DNA of 64,000 nt from Amoebophrya sp. A120 (GCA_905178155.1 CAJINV010000001.1:5181994-5245993), one strand, 5' to 3'; numbered from the stretch's first letter, positions 12,239 to 25,520 are shown. Numbers and translations: made by a program. The notes: generated from the letters alone by a model not told the origin.

Positions 12239-15200
12239 CTAGTCATCGTCCTCCTCAAACAACTGCTCACCCCCTTCCTGCATCTCAAAGTCGTCGTTCT
12301 GCGCCGCCTGGTCCGCCTCCGGCACGGCGGCCGGCGGGGCCACCGCCGCCACGACCGCGTCGCCCACCGTCAAGTTCAAACCGCCGGCGTTCTGGGGGCG
12401 GGCAATGTCCTGGTTGACCATCGTGTTCGCCTGCGCCGGGAATCGCTTCCGGATCGCGGAGAAGATCAAGCTCTTCGGGCCCGCACTGAGGAATTCCCAG
12501 GTGTCATCCAAGTTCTCATAGACGTCCCGGGCCGGCTGTTCCTGACCTGATAGAATTGTTATTGCGAAAATTGCACGCGCTTTTATATTCCGAACGTGAA
12601 GATTGGTACTTTTCAAATCGCTGAAAATAAAACAGCGAGCTTCGTGTCGTGTACCTACACAGACACAGTTTTTGCATCATGCGACGTGGCTATTTTGCAG
12701 ATCACCGAAAGCAATAGCAACCTATTGACCGACGCCTATTCTTATTCCTTTTCTCGCCTGTGACTCCACCTCTCAACTCTCAAAAAGAAAACAAACATCT
12801 TTACCGGCGGCCAACAAAGTCTTGCACTGTTCGTAGTCACCGACGAGGTCCTGCTGCCGGAACCCCGCCTTCATCTGCTCGTACTCCACGAGGATCGCGT
12901 CCAGGTTCCGGGTCGTCAGCGGCTGCTCCACCCGCTCCTCCGCGGCCAGAAACTCCTTTGCCTTCTCCTCGTCCTGGTCATTGGTGACGGCGATATGCTA
13001 TGCAAAATTGGTGTATGTGAGATATCTTTTGCCACTAGAATATAAATTGTGAGAGGTAAACTAGTGGCATTTCTGTGAAGACAGCTGCTATTTTGCACCC
13101 GCGTGTGTATTTTCGTTTTGTGTATACAAAGAAACTACGGGTGCAGGTGGTGCCTCAAAGCGAGAACCCCGCTTCCATCTGTGGTAGTAAATATGCATGA
13201 CAAAATGCCAGACTGTGGCTTTGATTCTCACATACACTTGTTTTTCGCGATGCATAGTAGCAGTCGCACAACAGCATGGTGTTCTCCACCAACGCGCGGT
13301 ACACGTTGTTGCCGGTCACGGACAAACCCTTCAAATCCGCCTTGATGGCCTCCACCTCCTGCTCGAAGCGGTGCTGTCCGGTGGTGCGGTCGTACACCTC
13401 GACCAAGGCCAGCAGCTTCTCCTGCAACAACTTGATGTCACCGCTCACCCGGTCGAGGTCGAGCTTCGTGATGAACGACTTCGATTTGGACTGCATGTCG
13501 GAAGTCCAGCTCAACGGCAGCTTCGTGGCAAAATGCATGCCGGTTCCGGGCGCGTGCAGCCGTTCGTGCAACTTCAACATGGTCGCGATGGCGGGATGGG
13601 GAAATTGGGCGCTGTGCATCATCTCATTCTTCAACCGCAAGAGCCGGGCGCGGAACCACGGCTCCAACTGACAGTGATTTTGTATGAAATCACGCATGCG
13701 AGGTATATGGCTCGTGATGATTGATGTTGGTTTCACACAATAAAAGTCTTATTTGCAAACACACACGCGACGTTCAAGTTTTTCCTTTCTCTCACCAGCA
13801 ATATCGCGACGCTGGGCCGCATAACTCTAAACCACAAAATTCCACATGTACAAACACAAATGTACCAGGTCCTTCATCTCGGGGGTGGCACCGACCTGGT
13901 AGCCGGCCGATTTGATCGCCGTCCACACAAATTCTTCAGCACTTTCACTGAAATTAAGTGTGAGGGACAAGTTTTCCGGTGTCAATCCGTGGCTCGCGTC
14001 ACCGCGGAGGAAATGCATGATCTGATCACTGCACAAGTCCAATCGCTCCTGCCCCGCGGCAGTCGCGATCGCCTGATATTACGTTTTTTCTTCGATCAGG
14101 TATTGCGCATGATTACGTTTATCACAACAGCATCACGTCTTCTTCACAAATCACTCATGTGTTTTGATATGCAAAGCATGAAAGTGTGAACAATACCGGC
14201 TGGATGCCGTGCCAGAAGCGGAACTGGGCCGTGTTCTGGAGGTTCTGGGTGATCACGAGGCTCACCTGGTCGAGCTATGAAACGGAAATTACCACACTCT
14301 CACGCTTTTTTGGATAGCGCGACCACGAGATGTGCATGTCAAATCTGTAATGCAAACTATTCTGAGGCTCCGCGCTATTCAAAAACTCAGACCGAATGTG
14401 GTGAATTTACACGACATATTTCCAACCGAGTCATCTTCTTCTGGGAGATGCTCTGGACCAGCAAGTTGCAGCTCCGCTTCAACTCGACCAACTTGGAGTT
14501 ATCGCCCATGCAAAACATGCGACCGACGCCCAAAGTCCTGTTTTGGCGTATTGCAACGTATACTAGAGCGCAATCCTGAAGTTCAAAACTGATGCTCTCC
14601 ATTGATTTGCATGCGTGTTCGTCCTGCTTACAAAATACGTCACGCATGGTCAACGTCTATCTACATGTTTATAAATACCAGTCACGCAACTTCTCGACCG
14701 AACGATTGTGCCCGACACCACCCCGCTGGCAATGATAGACACCGGTGACAAAGGCTTCAGCGGCCATCAACTCCACGGTCGGGTGGGTCTCCAGGGGCAT
14801 GATGGTCATGCAGTGGTTGCAGATGTGGAGCGCACGGCGGGCCGTATCGCTGTCACTGATGGACGTGAAGCGATCGTGGCAGTGGTCCTGATATAAAGGC
14901 ATTTTGTGATATTACATCTGCATGTGAGCTAGGTGATCTTCTTTTCGTGTGTGCGCAACGCATGCTTTGGAAGTCCACACGGTCAATCTCCTCTACTTTT
15001 CTCTCACTCACAAACCAAAACTCGAAACTCAGGTAACAAAAGCAGTACCAACACGATGTAGATGTCCTGGATCTCCATGCCCTGGATGTCGTTGGCGTTG
15101 AACCTGATGATCGCGACATGCAGGCGGTCGACGCGGATGATCGCGGTGCATTCGCGCACCAGAGCGGGCACCATCTGCAACGCCTTCGCGAGGACCTTCT

Positions 15201-15818
15201 CGTCGGCCAAGTATGCGATGCAAATTGACGTACTTTTTCACCACAGAGTCGTTTTTTTTTGCGTCATCTAATTCTCAGGAGTCGTTGGTGAAGACAACAC
15301 TGCAGCTCGAGCTCCTGCTTTCTAAAATCATCACTGCATGATAGCAGTGCTCCGCATGGCGACTAGTGTGCTGCGTCTGCATGATTGAAATACTTATCGC
15401 ACTAGCATCACATCCTGACACTCCACATGCATGCTCTACGCGACTCTGTGGTGACAAAATAGTACTAGATTTTCAAAGCGTATGTTTTGCAAGCGGTCGA
15501 TGCCGTGCTTCGGAAGACGAGACAAGACACCAATACGGGCAGCGATCTTGGTTTTGATCTTGTCGTTCACTTTGATGACGTTGCGGAGGGAGTTCACGGT
15601 GGTGGCCTTGTTCTGTGGTATTATTTGATTGTCATTTCATGATGTGAAAGTAGTTTTTTTCAGTAGAAGATTGGTTTCAGAATCTACACTCTCATCACAC
15701 TAAAAAATCACTACAAAAACAAAGCGCATACCTTGACCCGGGTCGTTTTCATGTACTCCTCACACAAGTCGTCCGTGTTCTGCTTGCGCAAAGCGGGCTG
15801 CTGGGTTTTCGGAGGCAT
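12239..15818 (-). CDS. Multi-exon (~10 exons) orphan protein with acidic C-terminus
   Basis: ATG at 15818 (MPPKTQQPALRKQ). GC-rich exons join in frame through GT-AG introns and two TIR introns, ending ...GGEQLFEEDDD*. Confidence 0.65.
12994..13256. mobile_element. Degenerate introner, 263 bp
   Basis: Left end TATGCTATGCAAAATTGGTGTATGTGAGA matches reverse complement of right end TATGCATCGCGAAAAACAAGTGTATGTGAGA. Element + 5 nt removal joins LLCDCY-VTNDQDEEK in frame. Confidence 0.75.
14276..14418. mobile_element. Degenerate introner, 143 bp
   Basis: Long imperfect TIR (TATG...AAATT.ACCACA...TTTTT.G.ATAGCGCG). Element + 5 nt removal joins TRLE-(D/N)QVSLVITQ in frame. Confidence 0.7.
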
Positions 15819-17510
15819 TATTGATTGAGAGTTGTTTGCTTTCCAAGAAGGAAAGTTGCTTTTTAGTTACTTACCACAGAGGGCAAGAAACACAGTTGCT
15901 GCTAAAGCATTTGGTGTGAAGGAAAAGTTTCAATATTGTCACACTGCCCAAGTCTTATGTCTCAACCGACGCGCGCCTGCATTGCAAGCGAAAAAAAACA
16001 CATGATGAAAGTTCTCTCTGAAACAACAAGCAGCTCAGCCAGCTCGCTTGATCTTTACACATCATGATGGAAACACACAGCAGAAGATAAGTTGTAAATC
16101 CAGAAGCGCACGGCTGTCATAAATCTCCTTTTCAACATTCAAAACAGGTAGTGCCGTTGACGTTGCTGTATTACGTGATCGCTGTGTGTGAAACTCGTGA
16201 ACAACCAAAAAAACGCAGAAACACACTCGAGAGCTCATCATGCCTCAGTGGTAGTAAGGTACTGCTCTTCATTTTCCCTTATGTACTTGTGATGCGTTTT
16301 AGAATTTTTGCAATCCCAGTGTACAAATGCTGCTTTTTCATCATACAAAAATGCTTCTTCATCATACACATGCTATTTTTACTTCTAATTCTTTCACTTT
16401 TATACTTGCGGTTCTGTTTCTACTATGCTGTGTGTGTGCCTTATCTACTTTGTGTTGTTTTCCTCTGTATTCTACTCTTCGCGCTATACATTATTTACTG
16501 TTGCGCTTTAGATTTACACTATCAACTCACAAAAGTTGCAATCTCAGGTTCGCCGTCTGGAAACCAGTTACGAAGATGCAGGTCGTGGTCTCCCCGCTGA
16601 CCAAAGCGTCCTGCCCAAGGCCCAAGCTGCGACGAAGGCGTGCATTTCGAACCTCCACCTGCAACGCGGCACACTCACACGCCACGTCGTTCCTACAGTG
16701 CAGGAGCAGATCCTGTCAGCGGGTAGGCGTATTGCGAGCATCCAAGCCAAAAACCGCAGGAAGCCTACCAACGGCCGTCGTCCCGCAGTGCGGATGTAGT
16801 CGCTCAGGATCACAGCGACATGCTCCTGATCACCAAGAAGCACGACAATCTTCGGGATCGCAGTCGCGGTCTGCGACGGAGGATCAGCTGATGGCGACGG
16901 CCGTATTTCCAATTTCGACGCAAATAGCGTCGTGGTAAAAGCCTCTAAAGGCGTATCTGCCAACGCGAATGCGTGGCCCAAATGCCGGCTTCGCCAACCA
17001 GCCCGCAGAAGTCCACAAAAGCACTTCCACGAGGCCCGCCTGCCAGCCGTTCGTCGCGGTTTCCAGTCCGTTCTCCACAGATTGCTCGACTTCCGTGAGT
17101 TGATCGCGTAGGTTTTTTGCTCTTGTGTAAAATATTGATAAAGTGTCACTTTTCTATGGAATTGTTTAAGTTCTATTTAATAATTCTGAACTTTCTGGAT
17201 TTCTATTTCCATCAAAGATGGACTTCTATTCTCCTACTTAGAAATATATGATTTCCGACCAGAGATGGATTTCTATTTTTGCGACTTTTCATGAAGCCAA
17301 GTCGGAGGCAATTGAGAGCCAAATATCAGACTTTTTTTCGCCCTTGTAGAAGGCGAAACATTGAGGTCGACGGACGATTTTGCATGTTATTACGAGTATC
17401 ATCTGCTACATTCAAAACTACTGCTTTTTCTTAATACTATGCAACTATGTAGGACTGCACGTCTTCCACCTGCAATACGCACTGCATTCCAGCGCAGTGC
17501 GTGTTGGTTT

Positions 17511-19200
17511 TTACGCCAGGAGCTGCGAGAGCTGCTGCTCGCTCGGTTCCTCCACAATGCCGTCTTTCGGTTTCTGCTTTCTGCTCCTCTGCTTCTTGTT
17601 ATCGATCAACAGCTGCTTGTGGTCCGGATCAAGCTTTTCATCTTCCTCCACAAAGTCCTCCCACTCGGTAAGCAGCGACACAGACGGATCGCAGCACCGC
17701 AAGGTGTTTTCGTCCATGTGCAACTCGGCATCCACCTGGGCGATCATGGTCTTCATCCCCGCAGCAAGACCGTACGCATGCTGCTGCACTTCCGCGATGT
17801 ACTTGTCGCACCGCGCCTTCACCAACTGCTCTTTACCTTTGCCGGGCAGAACGGTATTGTCGTCGCTGTGCTTCTTCGCTAGTTCGGTTATAAATCGCAA
17901 CCTCACACACCAGCACTGCAGCAGGGCTTCGCACCACAAAGCCCCCGCGCTCTCCGCGTAGCGCTTCGATCTTCCGGGATGTTTGGTAGCTTCCGTCTTC
18001 AGGTCCAAGACGCCACTTTGGAGCAGCTTCGCGGCCGTTTTCTTCACCGTTTTATCCGTCACCTTCGCCTTCAACCGCATAGAATCACGACCGGTCGCGA
18101 TCTTGTCGCTTTTGCTGGTGTTCTCCTCTACCCTGAACCCATCGACGCGGGTAGGATGGAGCTGTGCTTTCACGTACTGCCTCTTCTTCACGAAGAGGTC
18201 GTACTCCAGCTGCGTAAGCTGACGATCGTCAGCTACATTTGTCTTTGCGTGCTCCACTTGCGACTCCACCGCCTGCGTCTGTGTGGTAGCAACGGAAGCT
18301 GCAGTCTGCTGCCCGTAATCATCATCCTCCTCGATGTCTTTTCCCACCGGCACCGCCACGTTGTCTGCTCCTTTCAACACGTAGATCTTGTCAGTGGCTT
18401 TCGGGTTGACGGCGGTGGAAAACTTCTCTTTCAGCGACTTCTCCACGTTCTCCTTCGCCACCGCCTTGTCCCACTTTGACAGTGTGGACCAGTTCTCCTC
18501 GATCTCCTTCGATTTTGCTTCTGTGGACTTGACTTTCTGGCTGCCCTTCAGCAGCTTCAGCTCCCCGCCCCGCTTCACCCGCAGTGCCGCCTGGTTCTGT
18601 CCACCGCGCTATCGTTCTCAAACGCGCAGCGATCAGTCGCGAGCAACAAACATGTTTTTGTCATGCAAGGTCTGTGCCTCAAGCTCTTGGGATGGCCCAA
18701 GAGTGGTCGCAAGCACAACAAATGTGCAAGATATAAACTAAATCTGTCATGCGCTTTTGCTCTGCAGAGCTTCTGCTAGGTGGAAAGCAGTTCTTCCGTG
18801 GTATGCCAAGAGCCTGTATTTGCAACAGCTCTAGTTTGTTGCTCGCGCCTGATCGCCGCATGTTTTCCGTCTTCGTACGACGACTTTCACCTTGTAGAAA
18901 GGGTGCAACTCGCTTAGGTCGTAGTCGTTTGGTGTGTCGGAGTACAGTTCTTTAATCCGCACGGAGAACTGCTGATCGGCGTCAGCGTTGTTTGCTTCTT
19001 TCCCACCGTCCAAGCCTTGTATCGGCAGCGCCTTGAAAGCAGCCGGCGCCAAGGCGACGTCGATCACCAGGAAGTCGTGCAGCTCATCATCGATTTTGTT
19101 GCGAAAAGATGTAATGAGCATCGGACACAGCAGGTTGCCGATCTCCCTGCCTTCTTCCTCTATCACCGCGTCGATATTGTCCTCCCCCAGTCAGTATCCG
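17511..19200 (-). CDS. Hypothetical charged/coiled-coil protein, at least two exons
   Basis: ORFs 18831-19166 and 17511-18578 join in frame (FYKVKVV-GGQNQAALRVKRGG) after removing the TIR intron at 18610-18877. Confidence 0.6.
18610..18877. mobile_element. Degenerate introner, 268 bp
   Basis: 23-bp subterminal inverted repeat GCGATCAG(T/G)CGCGAGCAACAAAC; TATC left end; frame restored by removing element + 5 nt. Confidence 0.7.
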
Positions 19201-19430
19201 CTGTAAAGTGAGCCACAATCTGTAATGCAAAAGCGCGCTTTCATCTGCGCCGGACATGCAGCCTAGTTGGCTACAGAAAGAAAAAACTCAACATCTTTTA
19301 GAGCTGTTGTCGTGTTAGTTTTTGCATGACAAACTCCTACTCATGCGGAAAGTATTTTCATCGCTCTACCGGGCGGAAGTTTGGTACGCCGTACCAATGC
19401 ACAGGCTGTACTGTCGCTGCAACTTTTGCA

Positions 19431-22400
19431 TTACAAAGTAGCTCTTTTTACATTGGATAAGTCGCCGTCCTCATGCAGCTGCAGCTCTTCTTCTTCCTCC
19501 ACGTCTTCATCAAGCCCACCCAGCCCGAGGTGCGCGATGTCCGCCAGATCCTTGGGAACAGCAGCCTGCTTTCGCAGGGCTTTCACTTTCTCCTTCTGCT
19601 TTCTTACCCACCGGGCTATTACGACGGCAGAAGCTGGCTGCGGGCGAGACCACACGGTGATTTTCCCCGGAGCCGAATGCTGCATCTCGCTGGTGGTGCG
19701 GTTCAAACGCGCCGGCAGGATCTTTCGCCAGTCCTGCTTATCATCGTTGTACCGCATGGCAACAGCAGCTTTTGTCTTCTCGTAGTAGTCCTTCTCCACT
19801 TCGACAACTGCTTTGTGCCGCGGCTCGTCATCATCCTCCGCCGGAGCCTCGTCTTCGTCAGACACCTCCTGGTCGATGAGAACGTTGTCTTTTCCCATCC
19901 TCCGGGCGAGGCACTCGTACTTCTTTCGCTCCGCGCTGTTTTCCCACTTGTTGTTGCGGTACGTGCGGCTCAGATGCGGGTACTGCGCATCCGGAACGGC
20001 CTCCGTGCATCCTGCTTTGTCCTTTTTCTTGAGGTCAATAGCGCGCGGAAACGCGTACTGCCGCTTTGCTTTTGGTTCTCCTTCCTGTGCTGTTTCCTCT
20101 GCGCCCTTTTCTTCTTCGAGGATGGTGCTCCACTCTTCCTCCACAGCCTGGTAGGCACAATTGAAATCGCGCCTGTTGCAGTGGCAGTCCGCGCCCGTGG
20201 TTGACTTCAAGCCGAACCTGCTCGCCTTCGCACCATTTTTCCACCGCCCTATTTTTCGTTCGATGTTTTTATTCGTGCGATTCCGCTTTTGCAGGTACAA
20301 GCAAATCCGCTTCAACCGGCTTTTTCTTTTTTTTTGGGGTTGGTGCAAGTACCACTTTTTCAACGACACTAGTGCCATGGTGCCCGGATCATTGACGACG
20401 TACCTCCGCATATGCATTGCAAAGTGCACATCTTCACATAAGTTGCGTCATGAGGTGCGTCTCGTTTTGCCATGTCATGCATGACAAATATGAAAAAAGA
20501 AGTCACAAGATGTGATGCAGAGTTGCAACTTATGTGAGTATGTGCATTTTTCAAGTGATAATCTTCGGCGTTTTCCAGCCTGGTAATTGCGCCTTCTTCG
20601 TCGTTTTGGTAATCAGTTAGCCACTGATCATGCGCCGACATGCATCCATCGCGGTACCGTCCAATCGAGTAGGAAGCCACGAGGCACAGCTGTGCCACAT
20701 GCCGGAAATGGTGTATCTGTTTAGTATTCCAAAAACAATTTTCAATGCGCATACTTTGCATGACAAATCAACTTATCACGCAGCCTAAAAAGATAGATGC
20801 TTTGTATTGCATGACAAAACAGAACCAGTACCAGTTCTAGCTGCTTCGGGGAAAACGCCACTTCGTCCGTCCCTATTCCGCACAGCATGAATCGCACATC
20901 CTTCTCGACCTGTTCCGGGTTATGAAGGTGCTGCAGTGTCGCCTTCACTGCTTTTATTAAATCCCCCATCCGTTCCGATCGGCCTCTGTCCCCGTTCCGA
21001 AGCAGGTCCGCATTGTATCCATCGATTGGTGCGCATATGAGCATGATGAAATAGGTGCAAAGCAGAAAGACGAACTGCAAACCTGAAAATTATTTATGTA
21101 TCATTTTCGTGGCTGCGAGCCATGTGATGCATCAGCTGTTGATCGTGCATGATAGATGTTCTTTTGCATTAGAATTGCGTTTCGTTTTTGAGTGCCAAAT
21201 TGCGGAACTGCTTACCTTCTTTGTGCGACATCGACACCTCGAATTCGTGGGTTAATACGTAATCAGCGCCGAATTTGATGGCTCGACCTAAGCCTACCAT
21301 CAACCGACCCAGGAACCACGCCGACGCCAAAACGTAAAGCCCGCAGGTTCCTATCACCGTCAACCATCTTGTCCAGATGGGCTTTTTCCAGCCTTTGTAG
21401 ATCCGGTGTACTGCTTGGAGAGTCTGCTTTTTCCCGTTTGCTTTTACCACCATTCGTTGCATCCTGATGCTCATTTCGCGGAGCTGCTTCTTCTTGCCGT
21501 CTGGCACTTGCACTCGATCTAGAAATCCACTCAGATCGGGATCGGGTTGCGCTTGTTCGTGCTCATGTCGGGAAACAATAAACGCCGGAATTTGTGTTGC
21601 GATCTGCTCGTGTATTTTCTCCTGGAGCAGAGACACCGACAAAGCCTGTAAATTGTATTAATTAAATTAATACAGTTCCCCATTTGTCATGCATTATTTC
21701 TGCATTACAAAAAAAAAAACGTAGTACCTGGCACCACAGTCTTTTCTGAAACGCCACCGGACACAAGCCGACGAGCGACAGGAAGAGGTCCGCGGTGGTG
21801 TGGGCCGTAATAGCAGCTTGGTGGCTCATGCACCGGTCGGGCCAAAACACCACCTTTCCTACCGCGGCCGAATTCAAGAACCAATATCCCAACCAGAACA
21901 ATGTATTTATTGTACTGCCGCCCGAGTCGCTGCACGGCGACCATATGCAGCAGGTCGTTTCTGGAATGGCCTTGAACATCTCCGTGGGATCCCTCAGAGA
22001 CCAAATTTGGTCTGCCACCTCGTAAGCTTCCGGGGTTATCGCTTGCAAATGATTGCAAGCTCAGCAATACAATTTTGATCAAGGTGCTACGCATCACAGT
22101 TTTGTCATGCTATGTCTACCTATTCCAAATCTGTCATGCAAAAACAAATTGTATTGCTTAGGATGCAATCACTTTCAAGTCATAAAATATCCCCTAAAAC
22201 ATGACTTCCGGTCGATTCGCTTCACGCCGTAGTTGGCCGAGTTCGGGTAAAGTATCGTGTGCGCCGGAATGAAGAGCGATCCGACGTCTTGTGTCCCCGC
22301 AACACAGAAGACGATGCAAGCGCACGTGAATATCAGGTGGCCGAAAATCCTGATTTTCCCTTCCGTCGCGTTCCGCCAGCTAAGCACTTGCGAAGTGCTG

Positions 22401-22700
22401 CCGTCCGTTTCGATTCGGGCGTGCGCGACGGTTATTTTTTGCTTCGCGGCGGCGCTCAAAGCAGCTTTTTTTGATTCTTCTCCCAGCAACCCAGCACATC
22501 TCCATAGTTTCCGCTGCTGCATCTTGTTTTTCGTTTCGAAGAAGGTTGCACATTCTTCCGGCTGGTACAGTTGCTGCGTCGACGCGGCACAGGTCGATTG
22601 GGTGCCGCTCAACATTTGAAGCGAAGACTGCGCGGCGTCAATTATACAAGTGTCTCGCTGCCCTTCACCGCCGAAGAAGATGCTTACTTTTGTACTTGCA
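19431..22700 (-). CDS. hAT-like DDE transposase B (multi-exon; 5' end uncertain)
   Basis: Ordered motifs IETDGST (~22400), PCSDSGGS (~21925), RCMSHQ = CxxH (~21830), KPIWTRWLTV (~21365). Exons joined by one GT-AG intron and TIR introns. No clear C-terminal E motif found. Confidence 0.6.
20411..20560. mobile_element. Degenerate introner, 150 bp
   Basis: 36-bp imperfect TIR ending ...TGCACAT..TCACATAAGTTGC. The direct repeat is lost, but element + 5 nt removal joins LENAE(D/E)-RYVVNDPG in frame. Confidence 0.75.
22037..22184. mobile_element. Degenerate introner, 148 bp
   Basis: 39-bp imperfect TIR (TATCGCTTGCAAATGATTGCAAGCTCAGCAATACAATTT vs TATGACTTGAAAGTGATTGCATCCTAAGCAATACAATTT). Removing 153 nt keeps the frame. 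Confidence 0.75.
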
Positions 22701-23438
22701 GGTGGAAGACGCGCGTCACGTCGTCATTTCGTTTTCCAACAATAAATTATACATGTACAATTATACAGGTCGTTCTTGTACGAAACAAAACTAAAAAGGG
22801 CAGGAATGCGCACAGTGTGAAAGTGGGGTCACTGCTTTTTGCATTTCGTATGTATGCAACACTCACGACCAAAACACAGAGGACTTCTCCGCAATAGAAA
22901 GCTAAAACATAAGAAAAAAACCCAGCAAATGCCCCTCGAAGAAAGTAACTCGATGTTCTTTCAGCTGAGATTCTGCACTCTATATTGATTGAACACAAAA
23001 AACAAACCGATGCGATGGTGCGTGCACCATCGCAAAAAAAAAAAGCTTTGCATTCATTTCGAACATGGTTTTTGTATCATCAAAACAAACAACTTGCATG
23101 CGTTTCAGGTAGTCTTCTTTGACATCTACGACGTCAATCATCATCTTCATCCACTTGCATAAACGTCGACACTGTGGCCGTCGCAGCTGCTCGTCCCCGT
23201 TCTCGCCGATGATAAAACTTCTCCCCGCATCGCAGCTTCGAGGTGTTCGCGTCCCATGGCTCCACCGTCGCCGCGTCGGTGGGGGAAAAGGAAAACAAAA
23301 CTCTTGCGAAATGCATAATCATATTTTATTTGATACACCCGTCGCTGCGTCCGCCGTCGTTAACTGCAAGTCGTGTCCGTCACTTCTCGACGTCGCGCTG
23401 CCGAAACTCAACACATACGCAGGTCAGGGGATGTAGTG

Positions 23439-25520
23439 TCAATCTGCAAGACGATGGAGCTCTTGCGGATTGAAATGAACACTGGAAAGGCGATAACGCA
23501 GTCCATCGAACACAAACAAAGAAAGACGATGGCCACGCGTATGCCTCTCACGACGATCGAAAACGACGAAACAGCCCAAAACGAAACCAAAAGGGATGAC
23601 AAAACCAAACAAAAAAAAATTTTTTTTAAACAAAAAAATCCAATAGAAATCCGGACGAAATCCTTCATCCAGCGCGCCGAGCTCAAGGTAAGGCCATGCA
23701 CGAAGGGGAGAATGTCGTAGGTCCATCTCCTGTATCATGGTCCAGAACATTATCGCGGCGACCGGCGCCAGCCCCTCTGTGGCGAGACCGCGGACCGTCA
23801 TGCCGCCGATGGTGACGAGGAAATCCGTAACCCGCTGAAACAAGTCGACCTTGTGACACCGCGGCAAACTGTCAACAAAATCCGGTATGCTGGCACCGTC
23901 CAATTCTTTGGAGCAACTGTGCATCACGACGCCCGCAACGCGGTCTATCTCAATCAGGACGAGACTCAACACGCGGAGCCCGCCCCACCACAGAGGCTTC
24001 CCGAAGGCAGCTTTGGCCCGGTTAAGAAACTTCCGGCTCTTCTTCTGCAGCTTGTCATCACTTTTATCCAGAACTTTTTGGACGATGCTCTCCTGCTGCC
24101 TCCACAGCCCCGTGATACACTTTCCCACCGAAAGCCAGCGCGTCCGAACGAAACCGGTGACACGCTTCACGACCGACTCCGAAGAGCGAAGCTTGGTCTC
24201 CAGCAGCCTCTTCTTCGCGAGCAATTTGGGGTCGCTCGCGATGCGCTCCTTGTGGAATTTCTCCTGCTCCACCGAGGTCATGTGGTGCAAGCGTCTCTTC
24301 GATTCTTCGTCGTCGACGGTGTACAGCTCGACCAGCAATTCATCAGTAGTTTTTTGCCCCCGGACTGTCCCTTTCCTGTCGTTCGCTACCCGTCGCGGGG
24401 CGATCCACAAATTGACCGTCTTGGAGACCGCAGTTAACGTTCGGCGAAAATCCAGCCGCAGCAACGATCGCTATGCTGAGCAAAAGCTAAAGTAAGTATC
24501 GCTCTCGCAGCAAAAGCAAATGCAAAACGAAACTCAAACTCAAAGTCAAAAGCAGTCGCAAGAAAAATAATGCATCACAAGTTCCGCTGCTGATGTTGAT
24601 GCTGATGCTGATCAGCATGACAAACTAACTTTTAGTTGGTACGCAGCATGAGAAATCTAATCTCGCCATCATTGCTGGCGAGTTTCAATTTTGATTTTCT
24701 CATGCGATTTCTACTAGTGCTACTACTACTAGTGCGACTGCGATACTTTACTTATACTTTTGCAAAGCATAATCCACACAAGGTGACCATTGTGCTCGCG
24801 ACAATGTGGGCCAGATGCAACTGGCACTGGAGCCAGCTCACATTCCAGTGCGGCTCCTCCAACCGTTGGTCCGGGTCGTAGAAGCGTTGCGCGGTGGCAT
24901 ACTCGACCCAGCACTTGACTGCTTTTTTCACGTCGGACGCGGAGTCGGATGTGCAGATGAGCGACGGCCGCATTTTCAGCAGCTTGTTACCGACGCGACA
25001 CACCTTCGACCACATGCCGGGTAGCGGGAATCCGATGCTCCACGCGGATTCGTACAAATCCTGTAAAAAAACTTCATGGCCGGAGCCGGTGGATATGGTG
25101 GGCAAAACGGTATCGTGGGAGTAAACGATCATGGGGTCGCACCAGTCGCTTTTGTAGAGTGTGGCCCAGCAATTGAGGGCCTTGATTTCATCGCACGGGG
25201 TCGCGTCCGGGGAGATTCGTATCCCCACCTTCGGCCGGTTTTCTGCCTGACCCAGATCCCCCTTCACCCCCGTTCCATAGAGGTAGCCGGACTGCAGCAG
25301 ACGATGCGAATTTTCATCACCAAATGATCCCAGGTCCGGGGCGGACGGTGGAAGGAAAGTTGTTTTGACCGAGCGACCCGAGCGGCTGGCTATTCTGTTC
25401 ATCGTTGCCGAAGCCAAAGTTCAAAAAGGCGTCGAAGCCATCCCCACTGTCTCCGCAAGCCGAACTCGCCGGCTGCGTGTCCACCTGGGCAGCAGGCTCC
25501 TCCTCCTCCTCTGGTGGTAT
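23439..25520 (-). pseudogene. hAT-like DDE transposase A, probably decaying
   Basis: Motifs ISPDATP (~25205), CTSDSASDVKKA (~24945), QCQLHLAH = CxxH (~24820), VRTRWLS (~24140). Two ORFs join via the introner at 24472-24771. In-frame TGA at 25421-25423; ragged 3' end. Confidence 0.65.
24472..24771. mobile_element. Degenerate introner inside transposase A, 300 bp
   Basis: TIR TATGCTGAGCAAAAGCTAAAGTAAGTATCGC vs TATGCTTTGCAAAAGTATAAGTAAAGTATCGC; flanks ATCGC/ATCCA. Removing 305 nt gives VTLCG-SLLRLDF. Confidence 0.8.

Noticed and set aside
14549-14677. Possible TATT...AATA introner
   Set aside because: Element + 5 nt removal gives a stop, whereas a GT-AG intron (DW-TLG) keeps the frame.
16568-17149. 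Coding-like GC-rich block
   Set aside because: Plausible peptide switches between frames and has no motif; possibly a pseudogene fragment but not callable.
20714-20830. Possible introner in transposase B
   Set aside because: TIR too weak, and the +5 rule did not restore frame with these ends; boundaries unresolved.
25421-25423. In-frame TGA in transposase A as evidence of stop-codon reassignment
   Set aside because: Long host ORFs are stop-free, and TAA, TAG and TGA all end genes at sensible positions. A nonsense mutation or an unseen intron is simpler.
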